From the NCBI GenBank assembly GCA_043822705.1, contig JBDRBK010000081.1, forward strand, positions 1 through 21,719: 21,719 nt of DNA. Reading direction: 5' to 3'. Positions 1 through 8,276 of the stretch are shown in pieces. Position numbers and translations under genes: made by a program. Below the pieces are notes generated by a model that saw only the letters and a list, made by a program, of their open reading frames with translations, did no database searches and had not been told where the DNA came from. This DNA is from Fidelibacterota bacterium. Lineage in GTDB: Bacteria > Fidelibacterota > Marinisomatia > Marinisomatales > TCS56. Position 1 is the first letter of the stretch. Every line of letters starts with the position of its first letter.

Positions 1-18
1 CTACCGGGTAAATGCTAA

Positions 19-803
19 TCAGTGAGCGTAGGCTTCGGTAGCGCGGCCGGGATCGGCTTCCACTCGGGTCAGAATCTGTCCCACTTTGTCCTCCGGCAGC
101 CATTTTATTTTGCCGGTGCCGACATCATAGATGGCACCGACTACCCGGGCCTGACCCTGACGAACGATGTCACGGCTGGCGGGACTCTTCATGAATAAAT
201 CTTCGATGCCCTGCCAGACATTTTCCTCGATCGCACAGGGGATGATGGCGGCGCCTTTCAAATCGGGACAGACCCGCTCGGCTCGTTTCACGGCCGGAAT
301 GATATTATCGACCAGCGGCGGAATATTTCGTTCCAACTGGTGTCCCTGGCCCTGAACGGCCTGAGTCACAGCGGTGACCGCGCCGCACGGGTGTGGCCCA
401 ATACCAGCAGTAACGGGGTCCGGACGTGGGCCAGACCGTACTCGATCGAACCGATTTCATCGGTATCGCAGACATTCCCGGCCACGCGGATAACAAAAAT
501 ATCCATGACACCGGCATCGAAAATCAGTTCGACCGGCACGCGGGAATCGGAACAACTGATGATGGTGGCATAGGCGTAATTACCCTGATCCGCTTCCCCG
601 GCCAGTTTTATTCTGTCGCTGTTCTGATGAGGATAGCTGGCCTTTCCCGAGACGAACCGGGCGTTGCCGTCCTTAAGCATTTGCAGAACCTGATCGGGTT
701 TCGGCTTGGCGGCAGTCGTATCCGTTGAGAAGGAGAAACACAACAGTCCGATAAGCAGTACAACAATGAAATAATGCAGGTTGGTTTTAATATGATATTG
801 CAT
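19..803 (-). pseudogene. Beta-class carbonic anhydrase with N-terminal signal peptide, split by an apparent 1-nt deletion at about 388-389 (true pseudogene or sequencing error)
   Basis: ORF 366..803 has a hydrophobic leader, LKDGNARF, CSDSRVP, IRVAGN, GSIEYG and VLGHT. The minus-strand DNA reads GGC CAC ACC CG TGC GGC GCG GTC ACC GCT, i.e. GHT-(2 nt)-CGAVTA. It continues in the frame of ORF 19..369 (…EENV…VVGAIYDVGTGKIKW), a typical beta-CA C-terminus. Confidence 0.9.
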
Positions 804-914
804 GCAAAATCCCTCGCTTTAATTAATATAATTTAAGAAAATAATAGTACCTGGCATTACAAATACTGATCGGTGCGCTGATGCATAATCGATTCCGGCG
901 GCGGCAGGCTTCGG

Positions 915-2789
915 TCAGTGCGGTTTATCGAGGGGAAATCCGGCTTTCCGATTAGTAGCGGAAAGCAGTTTATCGGCCAGAGCACGTTGGTTCAGTCCAT
1001 CCAGGATTCTTCGAATCCACTGGCGGTTCTCCGGTTTGTACCAGAAAAAGAACCGGTTCTGGTCGGCTTTCTGCTGCCGGCTGCGGGCGGTATAAATCTT
1101 TTTCATCGTGTAAGGATGATAGCCGGAATAATAAATCACCGTCGCCACCGTCATCGGGGTCGGGGTGAAATCCTGAACCTGCTCCAGTTGAAAGCCCAGA
1201 TCCCTGGTCCGGCAAGCCAGATCGGCCATGTCCTCGAGCTGCGAGCCCGGGTGACTGGAAATAAAATACGGTATTAATTGCTGGTTAAGTCCCGCCTGGC
1301 GATTGATGCGGTCGAATTTATTTTTAAAAACCTGAAAAAATTTAAAGGATGGTTTACGCATCAACTTCAAAACGGTGTCGGAAGTATGTTCCGGTGCCAC
1401 TTTCAACCGGCCGGAAACATGATTTTTCACCAACTGTTCGGTGTATTCATCGTAATGATTGGCCTTCTCAACCAGAGTATTTTTCCCGATCAGCAGATCG
1501 TAACGAATGCCGCTGGTCACAAAAGCTTTTTTTACCGCGTGGTGGGTCGCTACTCGACGATAAATATCGATCAGTGATCGATGATCGGTATCCAGATTGT
1601 AGCAGACTGACGGGTGAATGCAGGATGGGCTGACGCATTTATTGCAGATCGCTTGATCCTTGCCTTTCATTTTATACATGTTGGCGGAGGGACCACCCAG
1701 ATCACTGATATAGCCCTTAAAGTCCGGCATTCGGGTCACGCGGTCGACTTCTTTCATGATCGATGCCTGGGAACGGCTGGCGATCATTTTGCCCTGGTGG
1801 GCCGATATAGTACAGAAACTGCAACCGCCGAAACAGCCGCGGTGCAGGTTGATCGAAAATTTGATCATTTCGAAGGCCGGGATGGAACCACGTTTGCCAT
1901 ATTTCGGATGGGGCAGGCGGGTATAGGGCAGGTCGAACGAGGCATCGATTTCCGGCTCGGTCATGGTCTGGAAGGGAGGATTGATCACCAGCGTCCGATC
2001 GCCCACCGGTTGCAGCAGGCGCCGGGCGAACTGTTTGTTCGATTCCTGTTCGATATACTTGAAGTTGCGGGCGAAGAGTTTTTTATCCTGCAGGCAGGCT
2101 TCGTGGGAGGCCAGTTCGAATGATTCCCAGCGTTTGTTTTTCTGCAGCACTTCCGTGGCCGGCTTCAAATAGGCCGTCTGTTGGATAGTTGTCAACGATG
2201 AGAATGGTACGCCTTTTTTCAGTAACTTGAGAATTTCACGCAAGGGCTGATCGCCCATGCCGTAAACCAGCAGGTCGGCGCCGCTGTCGACCAGGATCGA
2301 CGGCTTCAACTGGTCGGACCAGTAATCGTAATGGGTCACCCGCCGCAGGGAAGCCTCGATGCCACCCAGCACCACCGGCACATCGGGATAGAGACTTTTC
2401 AGGATTCCGGAGTAGACCACGGCGGCGTAATCGGGGCGGTATCCGGCCGCCCCGCCGGGAGTGTAGGCATCGTTGGAGCGCAGGCGTTTGGCGGCGGTGT
2501 AGTGATTGACCATGGGATCCATGCAACCCGACGATATTCCAAAGAACAACCGCGGCCGACCCAGTTTCTTGAAATCGCGCAGGTCATCGCACCAGTTGGG
2601 CTGTGGAATTATCGCCACTCTCAGTCCTTCGGCCTCGACGATCCGGCCGATAACGGCATGGCCGAAGGCGGGATGGTCGACGTAGGCATCGCCGGAAATC
2701 AGGATGACATCCAGTTCATCCCAACCACGCTCCGAAACCTCTTTGCGGGTCGTGGGCAGCCAATCGGCAGGGGAATATTCGTTAACCAA
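915..2789 (-). CDS. ygiQ: YgiQ (UPF0313) family radical SAM protein
   Basis: 624 aa with TTG start. Motifs GWDELDVILISGDAYVDHPAFG, VLGGIEASLRR, the CxxxCxxC motif RGCFGGCSFC, DLGGPSANMY, LKVAPEH, PYFISSHPG and QVQDFTPTPMT. Confidence 0.93.
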   Translation of the reverse strand: MVNEYSPADWLPTTRKEVSERGWDELDVILISGDAYVDHPAFGHAVIGRIVEAEGLRVAIIPQPNWCDDLRDFKKLGRPRLFFGISSGCMDPMVNHYTAAKRLRSNDAYTPGGAAGYRPDYAAVVYSGILKSLYPDVPVVLGGIEASLRRVTHYDYWSDQLKPSILVDSGADLLVYGMGDQPLREILKLLKKGVPFSSLTTIQQTAYLKPATEVLQKNKRWESFELASHEACLQDKKLFARNFKYIEQESNKQFARRLLQPVGDRTLVINPPFQTMTEPEIDASFDLPYTRLPHPKYGKRGSIPAFEMIKFSINLHRGCFGGCSFCTISAHQGKMIASRSQASIMKEVDRVTRMPDFKGYISDLGGPSANMYKMKGKDQAICNKCVSPSCIHPSVCYNLDTDHRSLIDIYRRVATHHAVKKAFVTSGIRYDLLIGKNTLVEKANHYDEYTEQLVKNHVSGRLKVAPEHTSDTVLKLMRKPSFKFFQVFKNKFDRINRQAGLNQQLIPYFISSHPGSQLEDMADLACRTRDLGFQLEQVQDFTPTPMTVATVIYYSGYHPYTMKKIYTARSRQQKADQNRFFFWYKPENRQWIRRILDGLNQRALADKLLSATNRKAGFPLDKPH

Positions 2790-3041
2790 AGTTAGAATCC
2801 ATTTGTTGTCTAATTAAAATAGCCTGTGACAGGTTTCATTAAAAATGAAATTTCCTGGATTCACTGACCTTCAGTCCGTACAATTCGTTGACTACCCGGA
2901 AATCCGCCCTCGCATGCATCTCCAGGTAGTAGGTAATATTTATTTCCAATTATCGATCCGGCAATGTCACGAAAATGCTCCGGATTACCGATTCCATTTC
3001 AACTCAATATAACTGCTTGTACTTGACAGGAAGCATAACCG

Positions 3042-3617
3042 TCAAGGCAGGTCCTCAATGACGACTCGCCGGAACATGGCATCGGTGGCGGTACCGACAT
3101 AAAAACCCGGTCGCCCGGAGGAGAGGTAGTAAGTAAGTTTTTTGTTAAACACTAACTGGTCATTCACATACAGGGTGAATTCATCTTCAACCACATCGAC
3201 ACGGGCCTGGAACCAGGAATTGGCGGGAATGGCAACGGACCCTTTTTCCTGGCCGGCGTAGGCCTCGGTCCACCAGGGAACAATCCCGTGCGCCACCGGG
3301 ACATAAGCTACGGTCTTACCGCTTTCGGCATTGGGCATAAACCAGGTAATCTCATAGTTTTGTACATCCTGGGCCCGCAGGACAAAGCCGAACCAACCGG
3401 CGCGCACCTGGGCCAAATGATGCCCGATAAAGCGCATTTCCACCTGCATGCGGTAATTATGCCGGGGTTCGCCCAGCAATGCCACCTTGCCGCCGATGTG
3501 GTCTTCGGCCAGATTGTTTAAAACTTCGAGTACTGATTCGCCCTCGTGTTCGACTATCTGCCAGAGCGGTGAGTTCGTTTCTAAAACGGTTTGGTGCAGG
3601 TCAAGGATCTTGTTCAT
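3042..3617 (-). CDS. Hypothetical protein, probable concanavalin A-like beta-sandwich (DUF1080/family 16-like)
   Basis: 191 aa clean ORF. Pattern WFGFVLRAQDVQNY…IPANSWFQARVDV…FTLYVNDQLV…SSGRPGFYVG…FRRVVI is typical of this fold. No signal peptide. Confidence 0.6.
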   Translation of the reverse strand: MNKILDLHQTVLETNSPLWQIVEHEGESVLEVLNNLAEDHIGGKVALLGEPRHNYRMQVEMRFIGHHLAQVRAGWFGFVLRAQDVQNYEITWFMPNAESGKTVAYVPVAHGIVPWWTEAYAGQEKGSVAIPANSWFQARVDVVEDEFTLYVNDQLVFNKKLTYYLSSGRPGFYVGTATDAMFRRVVIEDLP

Positions 3618-3721
3618 AATCGAATTTATCAGGTAGTTGGTCTGGGAATGATAATTGCCACCATCACTGGTGTTTTGAGTGTACGATACATTGGTAAGTA
3701 CTGTGCGGTGTAGCCGCTTGA

Positions 3722-3970
3722 CTAACCCCCGAACCGATCATTGATGATACTGAATAGCAGCATCCCCAGGCTGATTACACCCAGTGTCGCCAGCGTGCGG
3801 TAGAGAACACCCTGCTGGGCAAAATCCCAGATTGCCAGGATGCTCACCACCACGCCAAAAAGCACACAGAGGGTGATTATGCTGAATGCGACGGCTTTTA
3901 CTTTGCGGGAGTCGATAAATCCCTGCGGTTCGGGCTTGTCGCTGATTTTCACTGCTTCGTTTTCGGTCAT
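3722..3970 (-). CDS. Small hypothetical membrane protein (2 TM helices)
   Basis: 82 aa. Two hydrophobic stretches (AVAFSIITLCVLFGVVVSILAIW and TLATLGVISLGMLLFSII). Co-oriented with its neighbours. Confidence 0.7.
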   Translation of the reverse strand: MTENEAVKISDKPEPQGFIDSRKVKAVAFSIITLCVLFGVVVSILAIWDFAQQGVLYRTLATLGVISLGMLLFSIINDRFGG

Positions 3971-4231
3971 TTTCTTTATCCCGGAATTTGATGGAACTTA
4001 GAAAGTTACCGGCGAAAATAAAATCTCAAATAGCTACCGTGTTACCTATCCGGTTTTGGATACGGTTCAATGTATCGGCGGCTTTGCATCCCGGCAGTCA
4101 GGAACAGTTCATTCCGTTAGTAAAATAGTTATCCCGCCTGCCAGTCTATCTGGTAATTATATGGATCGAGTAGCTAAGCGTTCAGGTCGAGGGTATGTTA
4201 TGTTCTACTGCATTCGATCTGCATCGAAATG

Positions 4232-5389
4232 TCAGTTTTTTGCCAGATCATTAAGTGCGTGGGGATAGAACGTTTCACGATTCTGAAATGTTATAATATC
4301 TGGTTTGAGAATAACACCGGCATCAATATTCACGGCTTGCCGAATGGTCTCATTTTGTTGCCAGCTTTCATACCCCGCTAATACGGTCGGCAAATGGACA
4401 ATGAGAGCAGCAGAGATAGACCGTGAAGCACTTTCCCATAGATAGCTTGGTGTATGATCCACAGCGTAGTAATCTACCATTCCGATTTTAAACATCGGAT
4501 TTTTAAATGTGGTTGGTTTGGCAAAAAAGAATCCCATACCCTCGTCGCAACTGACGTCAATAATCAGGCAGCCTGGCTTAAGACAAGCTATTTCATCTTC
4601 CGTAACGAAAAGGAGGGGATGATCCGGTTCTTGTAAGGTTCCGTTCACGATGATTTCCGATTGGTTGATCAGATCGGTCAATGGTTGTTCAGTTCCATCA
4701 TGTTCTACCACCAACATGCGCGCTTCACCTGCATCGCCCTCCCGAATACGGACATAATGACAATCAAGTACTTCCTCACGAACCTCGTGGTCGGGACGCT
4801 GAATGCAAATTGTGATATCTCTAAAGCCGCGCGCTTTCAGGGCGTATATTGCGCCACGGCTGACCGCCCCGAAACTAAAAATGATCACTTTGCGTTGGTT
4901 ACCGTAGTGCCCGTCGATTCCTTTCAGTCGCAGGGCGTGTAATACCGCACAGTAGCCCGCCATTTCATTGTTTTTATAAAAAGTGTGGCGGCCAATCTGT
5001 CCGTTAGGTGCCCAAACAAACATATCCTCAAAGGCGATAAGTGTCTGCTTGCGATCGATTGCAGCCTGAGTGTGCGACCTTTGCTGTACACAATGCGGAT
5101 AGCCCCAAAGGATTCCACCCTCGCATAATTCCTCAAAATCCGCTAACACTGGTTTGGCAAGGATGACATTCCCGATATCGGCTAATAGTTCGTGGCGCGT
5201 GGCAACACCACCGGACTGCTCCGACATTTCTGAATCGGTAATACCAAAAGGCGTCCCATAACCCTCCTCAAATATCAACTGACGACGAATTTGTTCAGGA
5301 AGGCGTATCAGATGTTCCGGATGGATCGGAATACGTTGTTCATCTTCTTTTCTGGAAGTACCAATGACTCCAAACTTTAATTTATTCAT
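4232..5389 (-). CDS. ceo: N(5)-(carboxyethyl)ornithine synthase-like protein (AlaDH/PNT superfamily)
   Basis: 385 aa. Motifs GTSRKEDEQRIPIHP, FEEGYG, LWGYPHCVQ, FYKNNEMAGYCAVLHAL, dinucleotide loop SFGAVSRGA, IIDVSCDEGMG and YYAVDHTPS. AAGGA RBS upstream. Confidence 0.85.
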   Translation of the reverse strand: MNKLKFGVIGTSRKEDEQRIPIHPEHLIRLPEQIRRQLIFEEGYGTPFGITDSEMSEQSGGVATRHELLADIGNVILAKPVLADFEELCEGGILWGYPHCVQQRSHTQAAIDRKQTLIAFEDMFVWAPNGQIGRHTFYKNNEMAGYCAVLHALRLKGIDGHYGNQRKVIIFSFGAVSRGAIYALKARGFRDITICIQRPDHEVREEVLDCHYVRIREGDAGEARMLVVEHDGTEQPLTDLINQSEIIVNGTLQEPDHPLLFVTEDEIACLKPGCLIIDVSCDEGMGFFFAKPTTFKNPMFKIGMVDYYAVDHTPSYLWESASRSISAALIVHLPTVLAGYESWQQNETIRQAVNIDAGVILKPDIITFQNRETFYPHALNDLAKN

Positions 5390-5451
5390 ATAATTTCCTT
5401 TATTTATGAAACTTCACATATGTGATTATATCGAAGCATATATAAGGGTCT

Positions 5452-5479
5452 AATGTACTCGTTTTATATGGTTATGCAA
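5452..5479 (-). promoter_or_regulatory. Candidate sigma70-type promoter for ceo
   Basis: Minus strand TTGCAT (5479-5474), 16-nt spacer, TACATT (5457-5452), about 60 nt upstream of the start codon. The context is AT-rich, so a chance match is possible. Confidence 0.35.
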
Positions 5480-5629
5480 TCTTTTCACAAATCGATGTTC
5501 TCAATCGCGTATACTGAACATTGATTCAAAACACCCCCGTTTGCTACAAAAGAGGAAAAAAGTACTTACCTATCCGAACGCTCATCGGGAAAAATCCCGG
5601 TGAACATAAAAGTCAGGTTTTAGGTGTTA

Positions 5630-6088
5630 CTATTGACTGTCATATTTTTCCACTAATCTCGTAACTATTTCATAATTAAAGCACTTACGATTGTGAATTG
5701 AGATCAATCCGCCACAATTTGGACAACTGTATTTAATAAACTGACCCGCAATGAATTTGTCGAGTCCCTGTCTTTTAATTTGATCCAAATTGCCCTTAAT
5801 ACTCATGCGGTAATTGCGTTTATATCGCTGATCCATGCGATCTATTTGCTGGCAGGGGTATTGACTGCATTCAAAGCAGAAAACTGAATTCTGGTTTTGG
5901 GAATTGTTGATGCCGGTGCATTTTGCGAATAAATAATCACAACGCTTGTTGCCTGGCTGGCAACCGGAACATTGGCTCCGTTTTAAATTGTTGATGTAAG
6001 CAAGATACTTACTGCATATGGAACAATTCATACCACAGGGCACAATCAGTTCATCTGAGATATTGATTGTAGTTTTCATTTTTACCAT
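5630..6088 (-). CDS. DUF3795-family cysteine-rich (metal-binding) protein
   Basis: 152 aa (alternative start at the second Met). Cys clusters PCGMNCSIC, CSGC, CFECSQYPC and C-terminal CPNCGGLISIH. Confidence 0.8.
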   Translation of the reverse strand: MVKMKTTINISDELIVPCGMNCSICSKYLAYINNLKRSQCSGCQPGNKRCDYLFAKCTGINNSQNQNSVFCFECSQYPCQQIDRMDQRYKRNYRMSIKGNLDQIKRQGLDKFIAGQFIKYSCPNCGGLISIHNRKCFNYEIVTRLVEKYDSQ

Positions 6089-6090
6089 AT

Positions 6091-6211
6091 CCGGGCTGCG
6101 GATGAGCCACGACCCGAAAGAAAATTTTTATTTTATGCAGGGTTGTCTGCTCCATTCGCGAGTTCGAGGTGCTACGCAACCTCGAAAATACAGATGTTCT
6201 CCGCAGCCCGG
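6091..6211. mobile_element. MITE-like element bounded by perfect 12-bp inverted repeats
   Basis: CCGGGCTGCGGA (6091-6102) and TCCGCAGCCCGG (6200-6211) are exact reverse complements. There is an internal hairpin at 6163-6186 and no transposase. Confidence 0.45.
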
Positions 6212-6354
6212 TTCGCAGGATGCGTAGCGTTCCGCGACATAATATTAATGAAGATTTCTACACTCGCCTGAAAATATGATATCTGCCGCTCCATCATTGC
6301 CAAATGTATACCTATGATATTAACAAAACAATCGAGCCATGATTACACATTATG

Positions 6355-6362
6355 TAAATTTG
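6355..6362 (+). promoter_or_regulatory. Candidate Bacteroidota-type -7 promoter box (TAnnTTTG) for uvrC
   Basis: TAAATTTG ends 10 nt before the uvrC ATG. No Shine-Dalgarno sequence is visible. Confidence 0.35.
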
Positions 6363-6372
6363 CGACACTTTT

Positions 6373-8250
6373 ATGACCGACAGTAAACAGAATAATGATT
6401 TAATTGAACTCCTGAAACAGGTCCCGGCCAAGCCCGGTGTCTACCTGTTCAAGAACGCCCAGGGGGAGATCATTTATATCGGCAAGGCCAAGAGCCTGCG
6501 CAGCCGGGTGCGCTCCTATTTTCAGAGCGGCAAGCACCAGACCGCCAAAACGCTGTCGATGGTCAAGCAGATCGCCGGCCTGGAGTGGATCGTCGTCCGC
6601 AGTGAAGTGGAGGCGCTGCTGACCGAAGCCAATATGATCAAGGAGCACGATCCGCGCTACAACATCGATCTCAAGGACGATAAATCATTTCCCTTCATTC
6701 GTGTTACCCGTGAACCGTATCCCCAGGTCTTCCTGACCCGTACAATCGTGAAGGATGGGTCACGCTATTTCGGTCCCTACACCGATGTGTTGCTGCTGAA
6801 ACGCACGCTCAAGGCGCTGTACAAGGTTTTTCCGATCCGCAGTTGCACCCATTACCTGGACGATGAGATCGTCCAGGCCGGCAAGATCGCAGTCTGCCTG
6901 GACTATCACATCAAGAAATGCGAGGGACCCTGCGCCGGTCATGTCACACAGGCCGAATACCTGGATATGGTACGGCTGGTGGTCCGTTTTCTGCAGGGTG
7001 ACACGGCCCAGACCGAAGCGTATATCCGGACGCGGATGGAAGCCGCCGCCGCTGCCCTGTGTTTCGAGGATGCGGCCCAGTACCGTGACCAGTTGGCGGC
7101 CATCGAAAGTTTCCGGGTTCGTCAGCGTAAAGTCGCGGCTGATTTTGAAGACCGCGATGTGTTCGCCCTGGCCCGTCAGGACGATTCGGCCGTTGCCACC
7201 GTAATCAGAATCCGCCAGGGACGAATTTTCACACGGGAAAAATTTCGCCTGCGCAATCTGGATTTCGACACCGACGTAATACTGAAACATCTGATTACCG
7301 GCTTCTACCTGGAAGGCGATTTCATTCCCGCCGAATTGCTGGTGCCGACTGTTCCGGCCGACCGCGAAGGTCTGCTGGAATGGCTCAAAAGTAAGCGCGG
7401 CCGGACGGTGAATCTGGTGTTGCCGCAGCGTGGTGAAAAGGCCAAGCTGCTTAAAATGGCCGAGAAAAACGCCCGGTTACTGCTCAGCGAGTGGATACTG
7501 GAGCGAATGAAGCGCCAGGAATTGGTACCGGCCTCGGTCACCCAGCTTCAGGAAGATTTGCAGCTCAAGGCGCCGCCACGACGGATCGAGGCCTTCGACA
7601 TTTCCCATCTGGGCGGCACCAACACGGTGGCTTCGCTGGTCTGTTTTATCGACGGCAAACCACGGAAGTCGGAGTACCGCAAATTCAATGTCAAAACGGT
7701 GGTCGGTATCGATGATTTTGCCGCCATGCGCGAGGTGGTCCTGCGGCGCTACCACCGGCAAAAACAGGAGCAAAAGCAGTTACCGGACCTGATCCTGATC
7801 GACGGCGGCAAGGGGCAACTGGGAATGGCGGTTTCGGCCCTGCGGGAACTGGGACTGGATTACCTGCCGATCATCGGACTGGCCAAACGGCTGGAGGAAG
7901 TATTTGTGCCCGGGATTTCCGAACCGCAGTCGATTCCGAAAACATCGCCGGGACTGTTCCTGCTGCGCCGGATTCGCGACGAGGCCCATCGGTCCGCGAT
8001 TACCTTTCAACGCAGCAAGCGTGATGCCGCCGCCACCGAATCGATTTTCAGCAGCGTACCCGGAATCGGCACTAAACGCCTGCAGAAACTGCTGACAGCC
8101 TATCCCGATGTGGCTACGATCGCCGGCGAAGACCCGAGTGCTTTGGCGCTGCGAACCGCCTTCACCGAAAATCTGGCTGAAAATGTGATCGCCGTCGCAC
8201 AAAAATTTATCGCCCAGAAGAACGCTGGTAATCACGACCGGCCATCCTAA
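6373..8250 (+). CDS. uvrC: Excinuclease ABC subunit C
   Basis: 625 aa. GIY-YIG domain (PGVYLF…IYIGKAKSLRSRVRSYF, EALLTEANMIK, PRYN), Cys-rich CLDYHIKKCEGPC, UVR motif FEDAAQYRD, RNase H-like domain (RIEAFDISH, DDFAAM, LIDGGKGQ) and HhH (VPGIG). Confidence 0.98.
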   Translation: MTDSKQNNDLIELLKQVPAKPGVYLFKNAQGEIIYIGKAKSLRSRVRSYFQSGKHQTAKTLSMVKQIAGLEWIVVRSEVEALLTEANMIKEHDPRYNIDLKDDKSFPFIRVTREPYPQVFLTRTIVKDGSRYFGPYTDVLLLKRTLKALYKVFPIRSCTHYLDDEIVQAGKIAVCLDYHIKKCEGPCAGHVTQAEYLDMVRLVVRFLQGDTAQTEAYIRTRMEAAAAALCFEDAAQYRDQLAAIESFRVRQRKVAADFEDRDVFALARQDDSAVATVIRIRQGRIFTREKFRLRNLDFDTDVILKHLITGFYLEGDFIPAELLVPTVPADREGLLEWLKSKRGRTVNLVLPQRGEKAKLLKMAEKNARLLLSEWILERMKRQELVPASVTQLQEDLQLKAPPRRIEAFDISHLGGTNTVASLVCFIDGKPRKSEYRKFNVKTVVGIDDFAAMREVVLRRYHRQKQEQKQLPDLILIDGGKGQLGMAVSALRELGLDYLPIIGLAKRLEEVFVPGISEPQSIPKTSPGLFLLRRIRDEAHRSAITFQRSKRDAAATESIFSSVPGIGTKRLQKLLTAYPDVATIAGEDPSALALRTAFTENLAENVIAVAQKFIAQKNAGNHDRPS

Positions 8251-8276
8251 ATTATTTCAATCTGACCGTTAATATT

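Noticed and set aside
380..400. Programmed ribosomal frameshift in the carbonic anhydrase
   Set aside because: No slippery sequence or stimulatory structure is evident. A simple 1-nt deletion explains the break.
4033..4092. Minus-strand GGGATGCAAAGCCGCCG plus a downstream stem, resembling part of a c-di-GMP-I riboswitch before the small membrane gene
   Set aside because: The upstream GGCAAAC…GNRA-tetraloop helix and the tetraloop receptor are not visible. The match is partial only; an Infernal scan would settle it.
4026..4112. Possible second UGA read-through peptide on the minus strand (MNCS*LPGC…)
   Set aside because: Only about 28 codons, with no RBS, no recognisable family and no convincing SECIS.
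3042..6240. Integron cassette array (small co-oriented AT-rich genes with intergenic hairpins)
   Set aside because: I could not find paired RYYYAAC…GTTRRRY attC boundaries after the genes, and there is no integrase in the window.
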